Source: an uncultured Candidatus Saccharibacteria bacterium (lineage in GTDB: Bacteria > Patescibacteriota > Minisyncoccia > UBA6257 > 1-14-0-10-44-23). Taken from it: 64,000 nt of DNA. The notes below the pieces were generated by a model. The model worked only from the letters and a program-made list of their open reading frames with translations, had not been told where the DNA came from and searched no databases. Position 1 is the first letter of the stretch; every line of letters starts with the position of its first letter. The translations under genes and the position numbers were made by a program. The DNA is taken from positions 283,922 through 347,921 of the forward strand of contig CAZJVT010000001.1 of the NCBI GenBank assembly GCA_964549935.1. The letters run 5' to 3'. Positions 7,926-17,477 of the stretch are shown here, piece by piece.

Positions 7926-8681
7926 TTGTTTATGGAGATTTTATACATTCTCTGGCTCCGTCAGCTCAAGCGCTACTTCCGCTCTAAGGCGCGTATGATC
8001 GGCTCACTCGGGCAGCCGCTGCTTTTTATGATCGCCCTTGGGTTTGGTTTTGGCCCGATTTACGAAAAGGCGACTGGTGGTGCTAACTACATCAACTTCC
8101 TGGCTCCGGGTATCATCGCGATGGGTATTCTGTTCACTGCTGTATTCTCCGGTATCGAAGTTATTTGGGATAAGCAGTTTGGTTTCTTGAAAGAAACGCT
8201 GGTTGCGCCGGTTTCGCGTTTTCAGATCATGCTTGGCCGCACGCTTGGCGGAGCCACCGTCGCGACGCTCCAGGGGATTATCGTTTTCCTAATGGCCCTG
8301 TGCGTTGGATTCCGCCCGGACAACTGGCTGCTGGTACCGGTGGCGTTTGTTATTATGTTTTTGATCGCACTTGTCTTTACGGCCTTCGGCACGGCGCTCG
8401 CCTCACCGCTTGATGATATGCAGGGTTTCCAGCTGATTATGAACTTCGTCGTCATGCCGACCTTCTTCCTTTCCGGTGCGCTGTTTCCGCTCGCAGGACT
8501 GCCGGGGGCAATCTCAATCATTTCCGCTATTGACCCGCTCTCATACGGCGTAGACGCTCTCCGCGGTACGCTCTCCGGCGTCTACCACTTTGGCTTCGGT
8601 GTAGATATCGCCGCGCTGCTTGTGGTGGCCGCTTTGTTTGTCGGTGTGGGCAGCTACTTGTTTAAGAAGATTCAGATTTAG
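7926..8681 (+). CDS. ABC-2 family transporter permease
   Basis: A polytopic membrane protein of 6 predicted TM helices, directly downstream of the ABC ATPase. Confidence 0.8.
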   Translation: MFMEILYILWLRQLKRYFRSKARMIGSLGQPLLFMIALGFGFGPIYEKATGGANYINFLAPGIIAMGILFTAVFSGIEVIWDKQFGFLKETLVAPVSRFQIMLGRTLGGATVATLQGIIVFLMALCVGFRPDNWLLVPVAFVIMFLIALVFTAFGTALASPLDDMQGFQLIMNFVVMPTFFLSGALFPLAGLPGAISIISAIDPLSYGVDALRGTLSGVYHFGFGVDIAALLVVAALFVGVGSYLFKKIQI

Positions 8682-8958
8682 TCGTGGAATAAAACTTTCC
8701 TAAGTTTGTAATACTATTCATGGAACGAGCCCTCTGTCGTAAGCATCTTTTCTCCGCGTTGCAAAACCAGTTTCGCTTTTCTGCAAGGCGCGAGCGAAAG
8801 ACAATATGCGTGCATAGGCTTTCGCGAGTAACACAGTCAGAAAGCGAAAATGGTTGCAACCCGAAGGGATCTGACCACTTTTCGTTATCTCATTGTCGAA
8901 ACGTCCTCGAAGTAGCTGGAGCTACTCCTTGCGGCGTTTCTTCGCGAGCTAGCAAAAA

Positions 8959-9555
8959 GTGGTCGAGATCGCGGGACAAAGTATGCTTATGACAGAGGGC
9001 TTGACCGACGAGGCGATTGCTCAGCTCGTGCAAGGCGGTGATACAAACGCCTTCGCGGAGTTGGTGCGACGCTACGAGGCCAAAATGACACGCTACGCTC
9101 GGAAGTTTCTTTTTCAGGGCGAAGATATTCGCGATCTCGTCCAGGAGGTTTTTATTAAGGCGTACGTAAACATCCAGAGCTTTGACGTGAAACGCAGGTT
9201 CTCTCCTTGGCTCTACCGGATTGCTCACAACGAGTTTATTAACGCGGTTAAAAAGAAAACCAAGCTACCGACGTTTTCGTTTGATTTTGATGCCGTGCTT
9301 CCGCAGCTCGTAGCGAAGGAAACTGCCGAGTCAGCTATGGCGCAGTCAGAGGTAAAGAAGCTCCTGGACAGCTACCTGGATAAGCTGGACACGAAATATA
9401 AGGAGCCCCTGGTGTTGTATTATATTGAGGAGATGGACTATAAGGAGATCGCTGAAATCTTAAAATTGCCCGTCGCCACTGTCGGAGTGCGACTTAACCG
9501 CGGGAAGGCGATGCTGCGTAAGGTCGCCGGCGAACTTAAAGAAGCTTATGGATAA
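8959..9555 (+). CDS. RNA polymerase sigma factor, ECF (sigma-24) subfamily
   Basis: Region 2 (LVRRYEAKMTRYARKF...DLVQEVFIKAY..FSPWLYRIAHNEFIN) and region 4 (YKEIAEILKLPVATVGVRLNRGKAMLRK). Confidence 0.85.
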   Translation: MVEIAGQSMLMTEGLTDEAIAQLVQGGDTNAFAELVRRYEAKMTRYARKFLFQGEDIRDLVQEVFIKAYVNIQSFDVKRRFSPWLYRIAHNEFINAVKKKTKLPTFSFDFDAVLPQLVAKETAESAMAQSEVKKLLDSYLDKLDTKYKEPLVLYYIEEMDYKEIAEILKLPVATVGVRLNRGKAMLRKVAGELKEAYG

Positions 9556-10249
9556 TCACGAACAGAAACAATCGGTGTGTGAAGACGTCCTTGCGACTAT
9601 CAAGCAAGGCAAAGTAACCATGCGTCCGCGCTGGCAATTTGTGCTATTCGGCGTTTTGTTTGTCGTGGGCGGCATTATGATCGCTCTCACGCTTTTATAC
9701 CTCGTGAGCTTTATCATCTTTATTTTGCGACAGACGGGGGTCGGTTCGGTTACGTCGTTTGGCCCGCGCGGTTGGTATACCTTTATGGTTTCGTTGCCGT
9801 GGATGCTCATCGGCTTTGCGGCGCTGTTTATGATTATTTTAGAGGTGCTGGTACGTCGCTATGCATTCGCATATCGTCGACCGCTTGTCTACTCAGTTGT
9901 CACTATCATGGGAGTTGTCGTTGCCGGTGGATTTTTTGTGGCCGCGACGCCGCTGCATCACAGCTTATTTATTTCTGCGCAGCAGCACCATTTCCCGCTA
10001 GGTGAGCCGCTGTATCGTCACTTTGGCGAACAGGAGTTTAGTAACATTATTCGCGGTCGGGTAATTGCGACAACGACGGAGGGTTTTATCGTGAATAACC
10101 GCATGGGCATGCCACTTCAGATTTTTGTCGCCAGCACAACTCAATTGCCGTATGGTCACGAGTTTATGCCCGGTCAGATGGTGGTGATTTTTGGCGATCG
10201 TTCCAGTACGACAGTTCAGGCGATTGGCGTTCGTACGATTGGCGAATGA
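9548..10249 (+). CDS. putative anti-sigma factor / membrane protein (4 TM helices)
   Basis: It overlaps the sigma-factor stop by 8 nt, which implies translational coupling. It has a short cytoplasmic N-terminus followed by TM helices. Confidence 0.5.
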   Translation: MDNHEQKQSVCEDVLATIKQGKVTMRPRWQFVLFGVLFVVGGIMIALTLLYLVSFIIFILRQTGVGSVTSFGPRGWYTFMVSLPWMLIGFAALFMIILEVLVRRYAFAYRRPLVYSVVTIMGVVVAGGFFVAATPLHHSLFISAQQHHFPLGEPLYRHFGEQEFSNIIRGRVIATTTEGFIVNNRMGMPLQIFVASTTQLPYGHEFMPGQMVVIFGDRSSTTVQAIGVRTIGE

Positions 10250-10303
10250 AACAAAAGAAGCGTAGAGTTGTAGTAGTAAGTAATCAATTTTAACGCTTAT
10301 CGT

Positions 10304-11968
10304 ATGAAAACCCTCTGGCAGAAAGCTATGCGGCGAAAGGGGCTGACGTTTGTGCTTTTAATTATCGTGCTTATCGTCGGTTATTATGTTTACAAAAAGC
10401 AGACTGCGGTGCCCACCGAAACTCGCTATGTACTTTCATCGGTAGCAAAGGGCACCGTCGTTGCTTCAGTTTCCGGCACCGGACAGGTTTCGGTGTCTAA
10501 TCAGGTTGACGTCAAAGCCAAAGCCTCCGGTGACGTTGTATCTATTCCGGCGGCGCAAGGGCAGATGGTGTACGCCGGACAGCTACTCGCGCAGCTTGAT
10601 GCGACTGACGCCCAAAAGTCTGTGCGTGATGCGCAGGTTAATCTTGAGTCCGCGCAGCTCTCGCTGGATAAGGCCAAACAGTCGAGCGCCGATATAACCA
10701 GCATCGTGCAGAGCAGTTTCGCTACCATCTCAAACGCATTTTTAGATTTTCCGACGATTACGACAGGAGCAAACGATATTATTTTGGGCAACACAATGAA
10801 TCCTCGGACACAAGATAACGCTTCGTACTACAAAGACGTCGTCGGTCAGCTTGATTACCAGAATTATTTAAAAATCTCCTCGTTTGTTACCGCGGCGACG
10901 AATGATTTTAACGCTGCGCAGGATTCCTACGACGACGCGTTAGTTACTTACAAAAACACTGACCGTACCGCCGATGCAGCCGGCGTGCAGGTTTTGCTTA
11001 CTAAGGCGCTGGCTACTGCACAAAATCTCGCTCAAGCACTCAAGAGCGAGCAGAACTTATTGGATTATTTGACTGACTATGTTGCAACCTATAACAAGCC
11101 CTCACTGCCTACGCTCGTTACGACGTATAAGAACAATATCCGTACCTACCTCGGACAAATTAATACGCACCTCTCGAATCTGACGACGGCAAGCAGTAAT
11201 ATCAAAAACGCACCGCTCGATTTGCAGACACAGGAACTTTCGCTGAAGCAGCGCGAGAACTCTTTGCTGGATGCCAAAGAAACGCTTGCGAATTCATCTA
11301 TCCGCGCGCCTTTTAGCGGCGTGCTCGCGAAGTTAAACGTTAAACGAGGGGATTCTATCTCCTCCGGCTTTGTTGTTGGGACCGTTATTACACCGCAGAA
11401 GATTGCACAAATTACTTTGAACGAAGTTGATATCGCCAAGGTTACGATTGGACAGAAGGCGACACTGACCTTTGATGCGGCTCCGGATATTACGATTACC
11501 GGATCGGTAACGCAGATTGATACCATCGGTACAGTTTCGCAGGGAGTTGTGACCTACAGTGTCACTATCACTTTTGATACCCAGGACGACCGCGTCCGCC
11601 CGGGAATGAGTGTATCAGCCGCAATTATTACCGCCACAAAAACCGACGTACTGGTCGTGCCAAATGCTGCTGTTAAAACCCAGGGCGGGACGAGCTACGT
11701 TGAGATGCTTGAGGCTTACCAGGGCAGCGCCTCTAGTACTGCGTTTAGCAATCAGGGTGTAACTTCGGCAGTTGCCCCGGTTCGTCAGACCGTTACAGCC
11801 GGATTAGCCAGCGATGCGCTCACGGAAATTACGAATGGACTTAAGGAGGGTGATGTTATCGTCAGTCGTACAATTACCGCAGCTGCTGCTACTGCGCAGA
11901 CGACGGGAACTTCCGCTTTCCGCTTGCCGGGTGTCGGTGGAGCGACGCGTAGCGCGACTGGACGTTAA
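10304..11968 (+). CDS. HlyD/MacA-like periplasmic adaptor (membrane fusion) protein
   Basis: N-terminal TM helix; a biotin-lipoyl-like domain (GTGQVSVSNQVDVKAKASGDVVSIP..GQMVYAGQLLAQLD); a long coiled coil; a C-terminal beta-barrel (IRAPFSGVLAKLNVKRGD). Confidence 0.8.
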   Translation: MKTLWQKAMRRKGLTFVLLIIVLIVGYYVYKKQTAVPTETRYVLSSVAKGTVVASVSGTGQVSVSNQVDVKAKASGDVVSIPAAQGQMVYAGQLLAQLDATDAQKSVRDAQVNLESAQLSLDKAKQSSADITSIVQSSFATISNAFLDFPTITTGANDIILGNTMNPRTQDNASYYKDVVGQLDYQNYLKISSFVTAATNDFNAAQDSYDDALVTYKNTDRTADAAGVQVLLTKALATAQNLAQALKSEQNLLDYLTDYVATYNKPSLPTLVTTYKNNIRTYLGQINTHLSNLTTASSNIKNAPLDLQTQELSLKQRENSLLDAKETLANSSIRAPFSGVLAKLNVKRGDSISSGFVVGTVITPQKIAQITLNEVDIAKVTIGQKATLTFDAAPDITITGSVTQIDTIGTVSQGVVTYSVTITFDTQDDRVRPGMSVSAAIITATKTDVLVVPNAAVKTQGGTSYVEMLEAYQGSASSTAFSNQGVTSAVAPVRQTVTAGLASDALTEITNGLKEGDVIVSRTITAAAATAQTTGTSAFRLPGVGGATRSATGR

Positions 11969-12077
11969 GCCTTTGCAGCGAAACTATGGAATACCGTCTC
12001 ACTAGTATGAATACATACGTCGTTCGCGGTATGCGCAATTTTAAAAATTTTATAAAATTCGTTTGGTTTAAAATGGC

Positions 12078-12800
12078 ATGATCGAATGTAAAGATCTCGT
12101 AAAAACATATATAAACGGTGACGTTGAGACAAAAGTGCTCAAGGGTGTTTCGTTTGGTATCAAAGAAGGCGAGTTCGTCGCCATTATGGGCCCCTCCGGC
12201 AGCGGTAAGTCTACGCTGATGCACATTCTCGGTGCGCTTGATACGCCGACCTCCGGTACGTATAAGCTCGATACACACGACGTCTCCAAGCTTTCTGATG
12301 ATGAGCTCGCGGACATTCGTCGTAAGAAAATTGGATTCGTTTTCCAGTCGTTTAATTTACTCTCGCGTTCGACGGTGCTTCGAAATGTGATGCTGCCGCT
12401 TGTATACGCCGGGGTTACTAAAGAGGCGAGACTGCCGCTTGCACAGCATGCGCTAGCTTCTGCAGGTTTAGACAAAGATCGCTGGTCACACCTATCGAAT
12501 CAGCTCTCCGGTGGTCAGATGCAGCGCGTGGCTATCGCTCGGGCACTGGTTAATAATCCGAGCATTATTTTGGCCGACGAACCGACCGGCAACTTAGATA
12601 CCCAGACGGGTGAGATTGTGCTTGGTACCTTCCAGCGTTTGAATAAAGATGAGAAGCACACGATTATTTTGATTACGCATGAACGCTACGTCGCCGAACA
12701 CGCGGACCGAATCATCACTATCCAGGACGGCAAAATTTTAGAAGACGCGCCAAACAAACATAAGCGCACCGTCGACGCTCATAAAACTTTCACCGTATGA
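12078..12800 (+). CDS. MacB/LolD-type ABC ATP-binding protein
   Basis: [41 protein letters not shown]. Confidence 0.9.
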   Translation: MIECKDLVKTYINGDVETKVLKGVSFGIKEGEFVAIMGPSGSGKSTLMHILGALDTPTSGTYKLDTHDVSKLSDDELADIRRKKIGFVFQSFNLLSRSTVLRNVMLPLVYAGVTKEARLPLAQHALASAGLDKDRWSHLSNQLSGGQMQRVAIARALVNNPSIILADEPTGNLDTQTGEIVLGTFQRLNKDEKHTIILITHERYVAEHADRIITIQDGKILEDAPNKHKRTVDAHKTFTV

Positions 12801-14023
12801 TTATTACCGACCTGCTCGAGGAGACATACGCTTCACTAACGTCCAATAAAGTTCGTACCGGCCTCACGATGCTCGGTATTATTATCGGTATTGGTTCAGT
12901 CATCGCGATGATTTCAGTCGGACAAGGAGCGCAGAGCTCTATTCAATCAAGCATTCAGTCAATCGGTTCTAATTTGCTGCTTGTGATGCCGGGTGCGCAG
13001 CGTGGTGCCGGCGTGCAGATCTCCTCCGGTCGTGGCAGTGCCCAGACGCTTACCCAGGCGGACTCAGATGCAATTGCCGCGCAGGTCACCCTCGCTAAGG
13101 CGGTCGCGCCGGAGATCTCCCGTCGTTACCAGGTTACGGCGCGGGGCACTAATACTAATACGCAAATTGTCGGTACTGTTTCCAGCTATCCGGAGGTGCG
13201 CAACATTTCGGTTGATATCGGTTCGTTTATTACCGATCAGCACGTGCGGAGTCTTTCGAAGGTCGCCGTTATTGGTCCGACGACACGGGACGATTTATTT
13301 GGCGTAGATGCAGGTGACGTAACTGGGCAGACGATTCGCATTAACAAAGTTGATTTTAAGATTATCGGCATTACTAAAGCCAAAGGTGGCAGCGGCTTTG
13401 GCAGTCAGGACGATATGATTTTTGTACCGCTTTCAACCGCCCAGCGCTTTTTGGCAGGGGACACGTACGTTACGACTATTAGTATCTCCGCGGAGAGCGC
13501 GGAGGTGATGAGTGATATCCAGCAGCAGGTAACGACGTTACTGCTTGAACGACACAAGATTGCTAATCCGCAGATGGCGGACTTTAACGTGCTTAACCAG
13601 ACGGACATTGTCGCAACAGCCTCTTCGGTGACGGGCACATTTACTATCTTGCTTGGTGCGATTGCCGGCATTTCACTGCTGGTCGGCGGTATTGGAATTA
13701 TGAATATGATGCTCACGACCGTAACAGAGCGCACGCGTGAAATCGGTTTACGCAAGGCGATTGGAGCCAAACGCAAAGACATTAGTACACAGTTCCTAGT
13801 TGAGTCGGTGATGCTTACGTTTATTGGGGGCGTATTAGGGCTGGCTTTAGGTTGGCTCATCGCTCTCGCAGTTACACAGTTTGCCGGCATCGCTACGACG
13901 GTTTCTACTTCTTCAGTGCTGTTGGCCTTTGGCGTCTCGGCCGGCATCGGTATTATTTTCGGTTACTACCCCGCCAGGAGGGCGGCGTCATTAAACCCTA
14001 TCGAGGCATTACGTTATGAGTAA
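12797..14023 (+). CDS. FtsX-like/MacB permease (N-terminal TM, periplasmic MacB_PCD-like domain, C-terminal FtsX 3-TM bundle)
   Basis: Its start overlaps the stop of the ATPase by 4 nt. The conserved C-terminus is GYYPARRAASLNPIEALRYE. Confidence 0.85.
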   Translation: MIITDLLEETYASLTSNKVRTGLTMLGIIIGIGSVIAMISVGQGAQSSIQSSIQSIGSNLLLVMPGAQRGAGVQISSGRGSAQTLTQADSDAIAAQVTLAKAVAPEISRRYQVTARGTNTNTQIVGTVSSYPEVRNISVDIGSFITDQHVRSLSKVAVIGPTTRDDLFGVDAGDVTGQTIRINKVDFKIIGITKAKGGSGFGSQDDMIFVPLSTAQRFLAGDTYVTTISISAESAEVMSDIQQQVTTLLLERHKIANPQMADFNVLNQTDIVATASSVTGTFTILLGAIAGISLLVGGIGIMNMMLTTVTERTREIGLRKAIGAKRKDISTQFLVESVMLTFIGGVLGLALGWLIALAVTQFAGIATTVSTSSVLLAFGVSAGIGIIFGYYPARRAASLNPIEALRYE

Positions 14024-14048
14024 AAATATCGTTTTGCGGGTCAAGGCG

Positions 14049-14108
14049 GGCAAGCCTGCGCACCGCGCCGCTTCGCTTAACCCAATCGAGGCGCTGCGGT
14101 ACGAGTAG
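14049..14108 (+). other. recoded duplicate of the last 17 codons of the FtsX-like gene (vestigial 3' end)
   Basis: It encodes ...GKPAHRAASLNPIEALRYE*, against PARRAASLNPIEALRYE* in the gene. The two copies differ at most synonymous positions, and the downstream copy is more GC-rich. It lies 26 nt after the gene stop. A tiny ORF 14016..14108 spans it. Confidence 0.5.
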
Positions 14109-14143
14109 TAATACATTAACAGTAATTTTGTAATACGTTATAT

Positions 14144-14566
14144 ATGAAAAATAAAACCTTGCAGTTAGTTGGCGCGGGTATTATCGGGCTCATCATCGGC
14201 TTTTTAGTCGGTTCACATTCCGGAGGCAGCACGCCGCTTGCTGTAACTAACCAGCGGGTCGCCGGACAGTTCGGTCAGGCGGGTGGTATGGGTGGGCGTA
14301 TTCGCGGCGAGGCAAACGGAGGTTTTGTGACCGGCGAGATTTTGAGTAAGGATGCAACGAGCATTACCGTGAAGTCGCAAGACGGCGGTTCAAAGATTGT
14401 GCTACTGGCCGGCTCAACAAACGTCGTGAAGTCAGTTTCGGGATCTCTAGTTGACCTGAAAGTAGGCGATCGGGTGGTGGCAAACGGCACGCTTAATTCG
14501 GATGGCAGTATTACCGCGCAAATGATACAATTGCGAACGGATACAGGAGTTCCTGTCATTCGCTAA
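14144..14566 (+). CDS. hypothetical secreted protein (DUF5666-like)
   Basis: N-terminal TM/signal; a Gly-rich region; then an IVLLAGSTNVV...LKVGDRVVANGT..DGSITAQMIQL beta-rich domain. Confidence 0.55.
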   Translation: MKNKTLQLVGAGIIGLIIGFLVGSHSGGSTPLAVTNQRVAGQFGQAGGMGGRIRGEANGGFVTGEILSKDATSITVKSQDGGSKIVLLAGSTNVVKSVSGSLVDLKVGDRVVANGTLNSDGSITAQMIQLRTDTGVPVIR

Positions 14567-14584
14567 TTATTAATTCACTTTCGT

Positions 14585-15043
14585 ATGAAAAAAGCTGTTC
14601 TGTGGGTGGTTATCATTGTTATCGCTGTATTTGCTATTAGTTACTTAGTTCGTTCGCCGGAGATCTCGACTACCGAACCGGGTACAGAGACCGCCTCGAG
14701 TACGCCAGCAGTAGTGACCGAAGAGAAGCCGATTGTAGATGTTTCCGTAGGTGTTACTGCTTCTACGAATGTTAAAGAGTTTACGGTAACCGGTAAAAAC
14801 TTCTCGTTTGCTCCAAGCACGCTGACGGTTAAAAAAGGCGACACGGTTAAAATCACGTTTGTTAATTCCGCTGGGTTTCACGACTTCAAGATCGATGAGT
14901 TTAAGGTGGCGACGGCCCGAATCGGCAGCGGTAAGCAGGAGACGATCAGCTTTGTTGCCGACAAAGCGGGAAGCTTTGAGTACTACTGCTCGGTTGGTGA
15001 TCACCGCGCGATGGGTATGAAGGGCGCGCTGATTGTACAGTAG
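14585..15043 (+). CDS. cupredoxin (plastocyanin/amicyanin-like) protein with N-terminal membrane anchor
   Basis: Candidate type-1 copper ligands: H in GFHDF, and C..H..M in YYCSVGDHRAMGM. Confidence 0.55.
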   Translation: MKKAVLWVVIIVIAVFAISYLVRSPEISTTEPGTETASSTPAVVTEEKPIVDVSVGVTASTNVKEFTVTGKNFSFAPSTLTVKKGDTVKITFVNSAGFHDFKIDEFKVATARIGSGKQETISFVADKAGSFEYYCSVGDHRAMGMKGALIVQ

Positions 15044-15794
15044 CACCCGTTCATACGAACTCCGTATGGCACTGCAAATCGCGGCTTCGCCGCACAAAGA
15101 AGCAATTGTTTGTATCCCCGGACTTGGGGGGCATAAGAGCGCCTTCGAAGGCTATGCGGAGTTATTTCCCGGGCACTCGTTCTATTATTTAGAAGTTCGT
15201 AATTGGCGAGAGGCGCTCGATGAGTTGCGCAAGATTGTTGCGAAGGAGGGCCAGGTGACATTGTTTTGCCACTGCTATGGCACGCAACTCGGTCTGCGTC
15301 TGATTGACGAGGCGCCAGAGGCGGTTTCCCGGATCATACTGCTGGAGCCTTTCTTTTCGCAATTTCATCACTGGCGCTATCCAGCGCGACTGGTTAACAC
15401 GTTGCTTGTTATCGTGCTGACCATTATGCACTGGGTTGGCTTTCGTCGGAATAAGTTTCCGTATCGTCACCGCATCAACTACAAAAAATTAGCGCACTAC
15501 CCCGTTGTGATTCAGCCGCTTTTTGATATGCGATGGCAGAGTCTCAAAGACTACTTCGGCAAGACAAACGATTTGCTTTGGTTTAATTTGCCTTCGCGGG
15601 TCGACGCGCCGACGCTGTTCGTCCTTTCTTCAAACGGTTACTTTAAGAATAAACGGCATCGTAAGAGCGTTTTCAAGATTTTCAAGAATGCGCAGCTGGC
15701 TGAAGTCCAAGCAGAGAGCCATAATATGATTTCTATCGCCCCGGCAAAGGTTGCAAGCGTGATTGGTACGTGGTTTGCAGCAGGAGTATTATAA
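15033..15794 (+). CDS. alpha/beta-hydrolase-fold protein (nucleophile elbow variant CHCYG)
   Basis: VCIPGLGGH..TLFCHCYGTQLG fits an alpha/beta-hydrolase pattern with Cys at the nucleophile position. The start may instead be the ATG at 15066. Confidence 0.5.
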   Translation: MYSSTRSYELRMALQIAASPHKEAIVCIPGLGGHKSAFEGYAELFPGHSFYYLEVRNWREALDELRKIVAKEGQVTLFCHCYGTQLGLRLIDEAPEAVSRIILLEPFFSQFHHWRYPARLVNTLLVIVLTIMHWVGFRRNKFPYRHRINYKKLAHYPVVIQPLFDMRWQSLKDYFGKTNDLLWFNLPSRVDAPTLFVLSSNGYFKNKRHRKSVFKIFKNAQLAEVQAESHNMISIAPAKVASVIGTWFAAGVL

Positions 15795-15808
15795 CTAGTA
15801 ACAAACCT

Positions 15809-16342
15809 ATGAACATTCACCCAATTCTTGTCCATTTTCCGATCGCAATTTTGACTATATATGCTCTTTTAGAGCTAGCTCGTTTTAAGAAGCTCCAGCA
15901 GGCAGTCTGGTATTGGTATACCAAAGCCTTTATGGCGATTGTCGGCACCGTCGCTTCTTATGCCGCTTTCGCGAGTGGGGATGAGGAGGGAGGCCGAGCG
16001 ATCACTGACCCACTTACGAAGCAGGCGTTTCATTTGCACGAAAACTGGGCCACGATTACTCTCGTTATTTTCTCGGTCATTTTGTTTTACCATCTCGTAA
16101 CCGTTTTATCGCGCAATCAGGCGGTCGTAGTCTGGTTCGCCAAAGCCTCGTGGAGCCGCTCTCTCTGGCAGCTGCTTGCCGGGCTTAGTTCGTTTATCGG
16201 TAATCCGATTGTCATCCTGCTGCTCGCGCTGGCCGGTCTTGTGAGTATCACGATCACCGGCGGACTCGGCGGCTCGCTTGTGTACGGTCAAAATGCCGAT
16301 CCCGTTGTGTCGCTTATCTACAAGTTATTTCTCGGTCAGTAG
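15809..16342 (+). CDS. DUF2231-like membrane protein
   Basis: The N-terminal HPILVHFPIA motif. The track ORF starts at 15770, overlapping the previous gene; the internal ATG at 15809 is preferred. Confidence 0.55.
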   Translation: MNIHPILVHFPIAILTIYALLELARFKKLQQAVWYWYTKAFMAIVGTVASYAAFASGDEEGGRAITDPLTKQAFHLHENWATITLVIFSVILFYHLVTVLSRNQAVVVWFAKASWSRSLWQLLAGLSSFIGNPIVILLLALAGLVSITITGGLGGSLVYGQNADPVVSLIYKLFLGQ

Positions 16343-16570
16343 TTTGAGCTTAGCGGTTCTGGAGAGTTGCTTTATTTTTGCCTCGCGCGAAAGCGCTGCG
16401 CCTTTGGTGCGGAGTTTTTGCGTATAGACAATTGCTTTTGGCGGATGTGAGCGGGTATAGCGTGCACCAAGCCCTTTTTTGTGCGCAGCAAAACGCTTGG
16501 TAACGTCGTTGGTGCTGCCGGTATACAAACTGCCGCCCTGGCAACGGAGGATATAGACGAAATAGGGCAT
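16325..16570 (-). CDS. GIY-YIG nuclease superfamily small protein (UPF0213-like)
   Basis: YFVYILRCQGGSLYTGSTNDVTKRFAAHKKG is a GIY-YIG signature. Confidence 0.8.
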   Translation of the reverse strand: MPYFVYILRCQGGSLYTGSTNDVTKRFAAHKKGLGARYTRSHPPKAIVYTQKLRTKGAALSREAKIKQLSRTAKLKLLTEK

Positions 16571-17118
16571 TAGGCCTCAAGATGGTGCTCCTTGCCTTTT
16601 CGATTCAGAAGCAGAATGGTCGCTAGAATCGACAGTATCCATCCGATACTTACCATGAGTCCGAGCGAGTTGATTCTTTTCTGGACCTCGCGGAGTGATC
16701 GGCCGACAACAACGACACCGTCTTTGTAGCTGTGTGCTACTGCGGCGATGCGAACGTCCGGCGCCGGCTGCCAGGTGAATATATTTTCATTGTTCGCCTT
16801 TGTGTAGACGAAAGAGCTTTCCGGCAAACTCGGAATCTTACCCGCAAGCTGCCCTGTAGAAAAGATCGGAGTGTTAGTCGCATTATAGATGATGACGAAT
16901 TGGGCAAGGCTCGTCTGCATCGGGATGAGCGTGGAAATATCAGGCTGCTGGGGCTTACCGCCTAAATCCATTTTTGCCGCCGTGTCTTCGGCTACTTGAA
17001 TTTGAGGGTCGTTGGCGGCCTGTCGGTATGTCTGCTGCACCGTTGCATAAAGTGTGCCGAAAATGACGGTAACCAGCGCGAGTGCGCTTACTGTTCGCGT
17101 AAGGGAGGATTTTTTCAT
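16570..17118 (-). CDS. hypothetical exported protein with C-terminal TM helix
   Basis: Signal-like N-terminus, a hydrophilic domain, and the C-terminal helix MVSIGWILSILATILLL. Confidence 0.55.
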   Translation of the reverse strand: MKKSSLTRTVSALALVTVIFGTLYATVQQTYRQAANDPQIQVAEDTAAKMDLGGKPQQPDISTLIPMQTSLAQFVIIYNATNTPIFSTGQLAGKIPSLPESSFVYTKANNENIFTWQPAPDVRIAAVAHSYKDGVVVVGRSLREVQKRINSLGLMVSIGWILSILATILLLNRKGKEHHLEA

Positions 17119-17178
17119 ATAGACTTATTGTAACAGATATTCTTTGGCGGCAAAGCCTTAGCGGGGTATACTAAGCGT

Positions 17179-17445
17179 ATGCTTTGGCAGGATTATGTTT
17201 TAACAATCGGGTCCCTGGTTTTCTCCGTCGCGCTTGTTCCGGCGGTGATGGCGAAGGAGAAACCGCCGCTTTCGACGAGCGTGCCGACTTTTTTCTTTTT
17301 GTATCTTTTTGCCTTCGTCTACGCAACACTGTCGCTTTGGCTAAGCGCAGGCTCGGCGCTTTTGACGGGCAGCTTATGGCTCACGCTCGCTATTCAAAAA
17401 TATATACAGCAGCGTAAGCGAACTGAAATAAACCCGTCTTTATAA
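17179..17445 (+). CDS. small membrane protein (3 TM helices)
   Basis: A hydrophobic 88-aa ORF. Confidence 0.45.
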   Translation: MLWQDYVLTIGSLVFSVALVPAVMAKEKPPLSTSVPTFFFLYLFAFVYATLSLWLSAGSALLTGSLWLTLAIQKYIQQRKRTEINPSL

Positions 17446-17477
17446 TGTAGTAATCAGTAACAATTAATTAATCTTTT

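Noticed and set aside
8720-8992. 90-aa ORF in the spacer before the ECF sigma gene
   Set aside because: It runs into the sigma-factor start, has no RBS, and its translation is implausible. The spacer is more likely regulatory.
14016-14108. Diversity-generating retroelement (TR/VR) explanation for the recoded 3' duplicates
   Set aside because: There is no reverse transcriptase nearby. The substitutions are not adenine-specific and are mostly synonymous.
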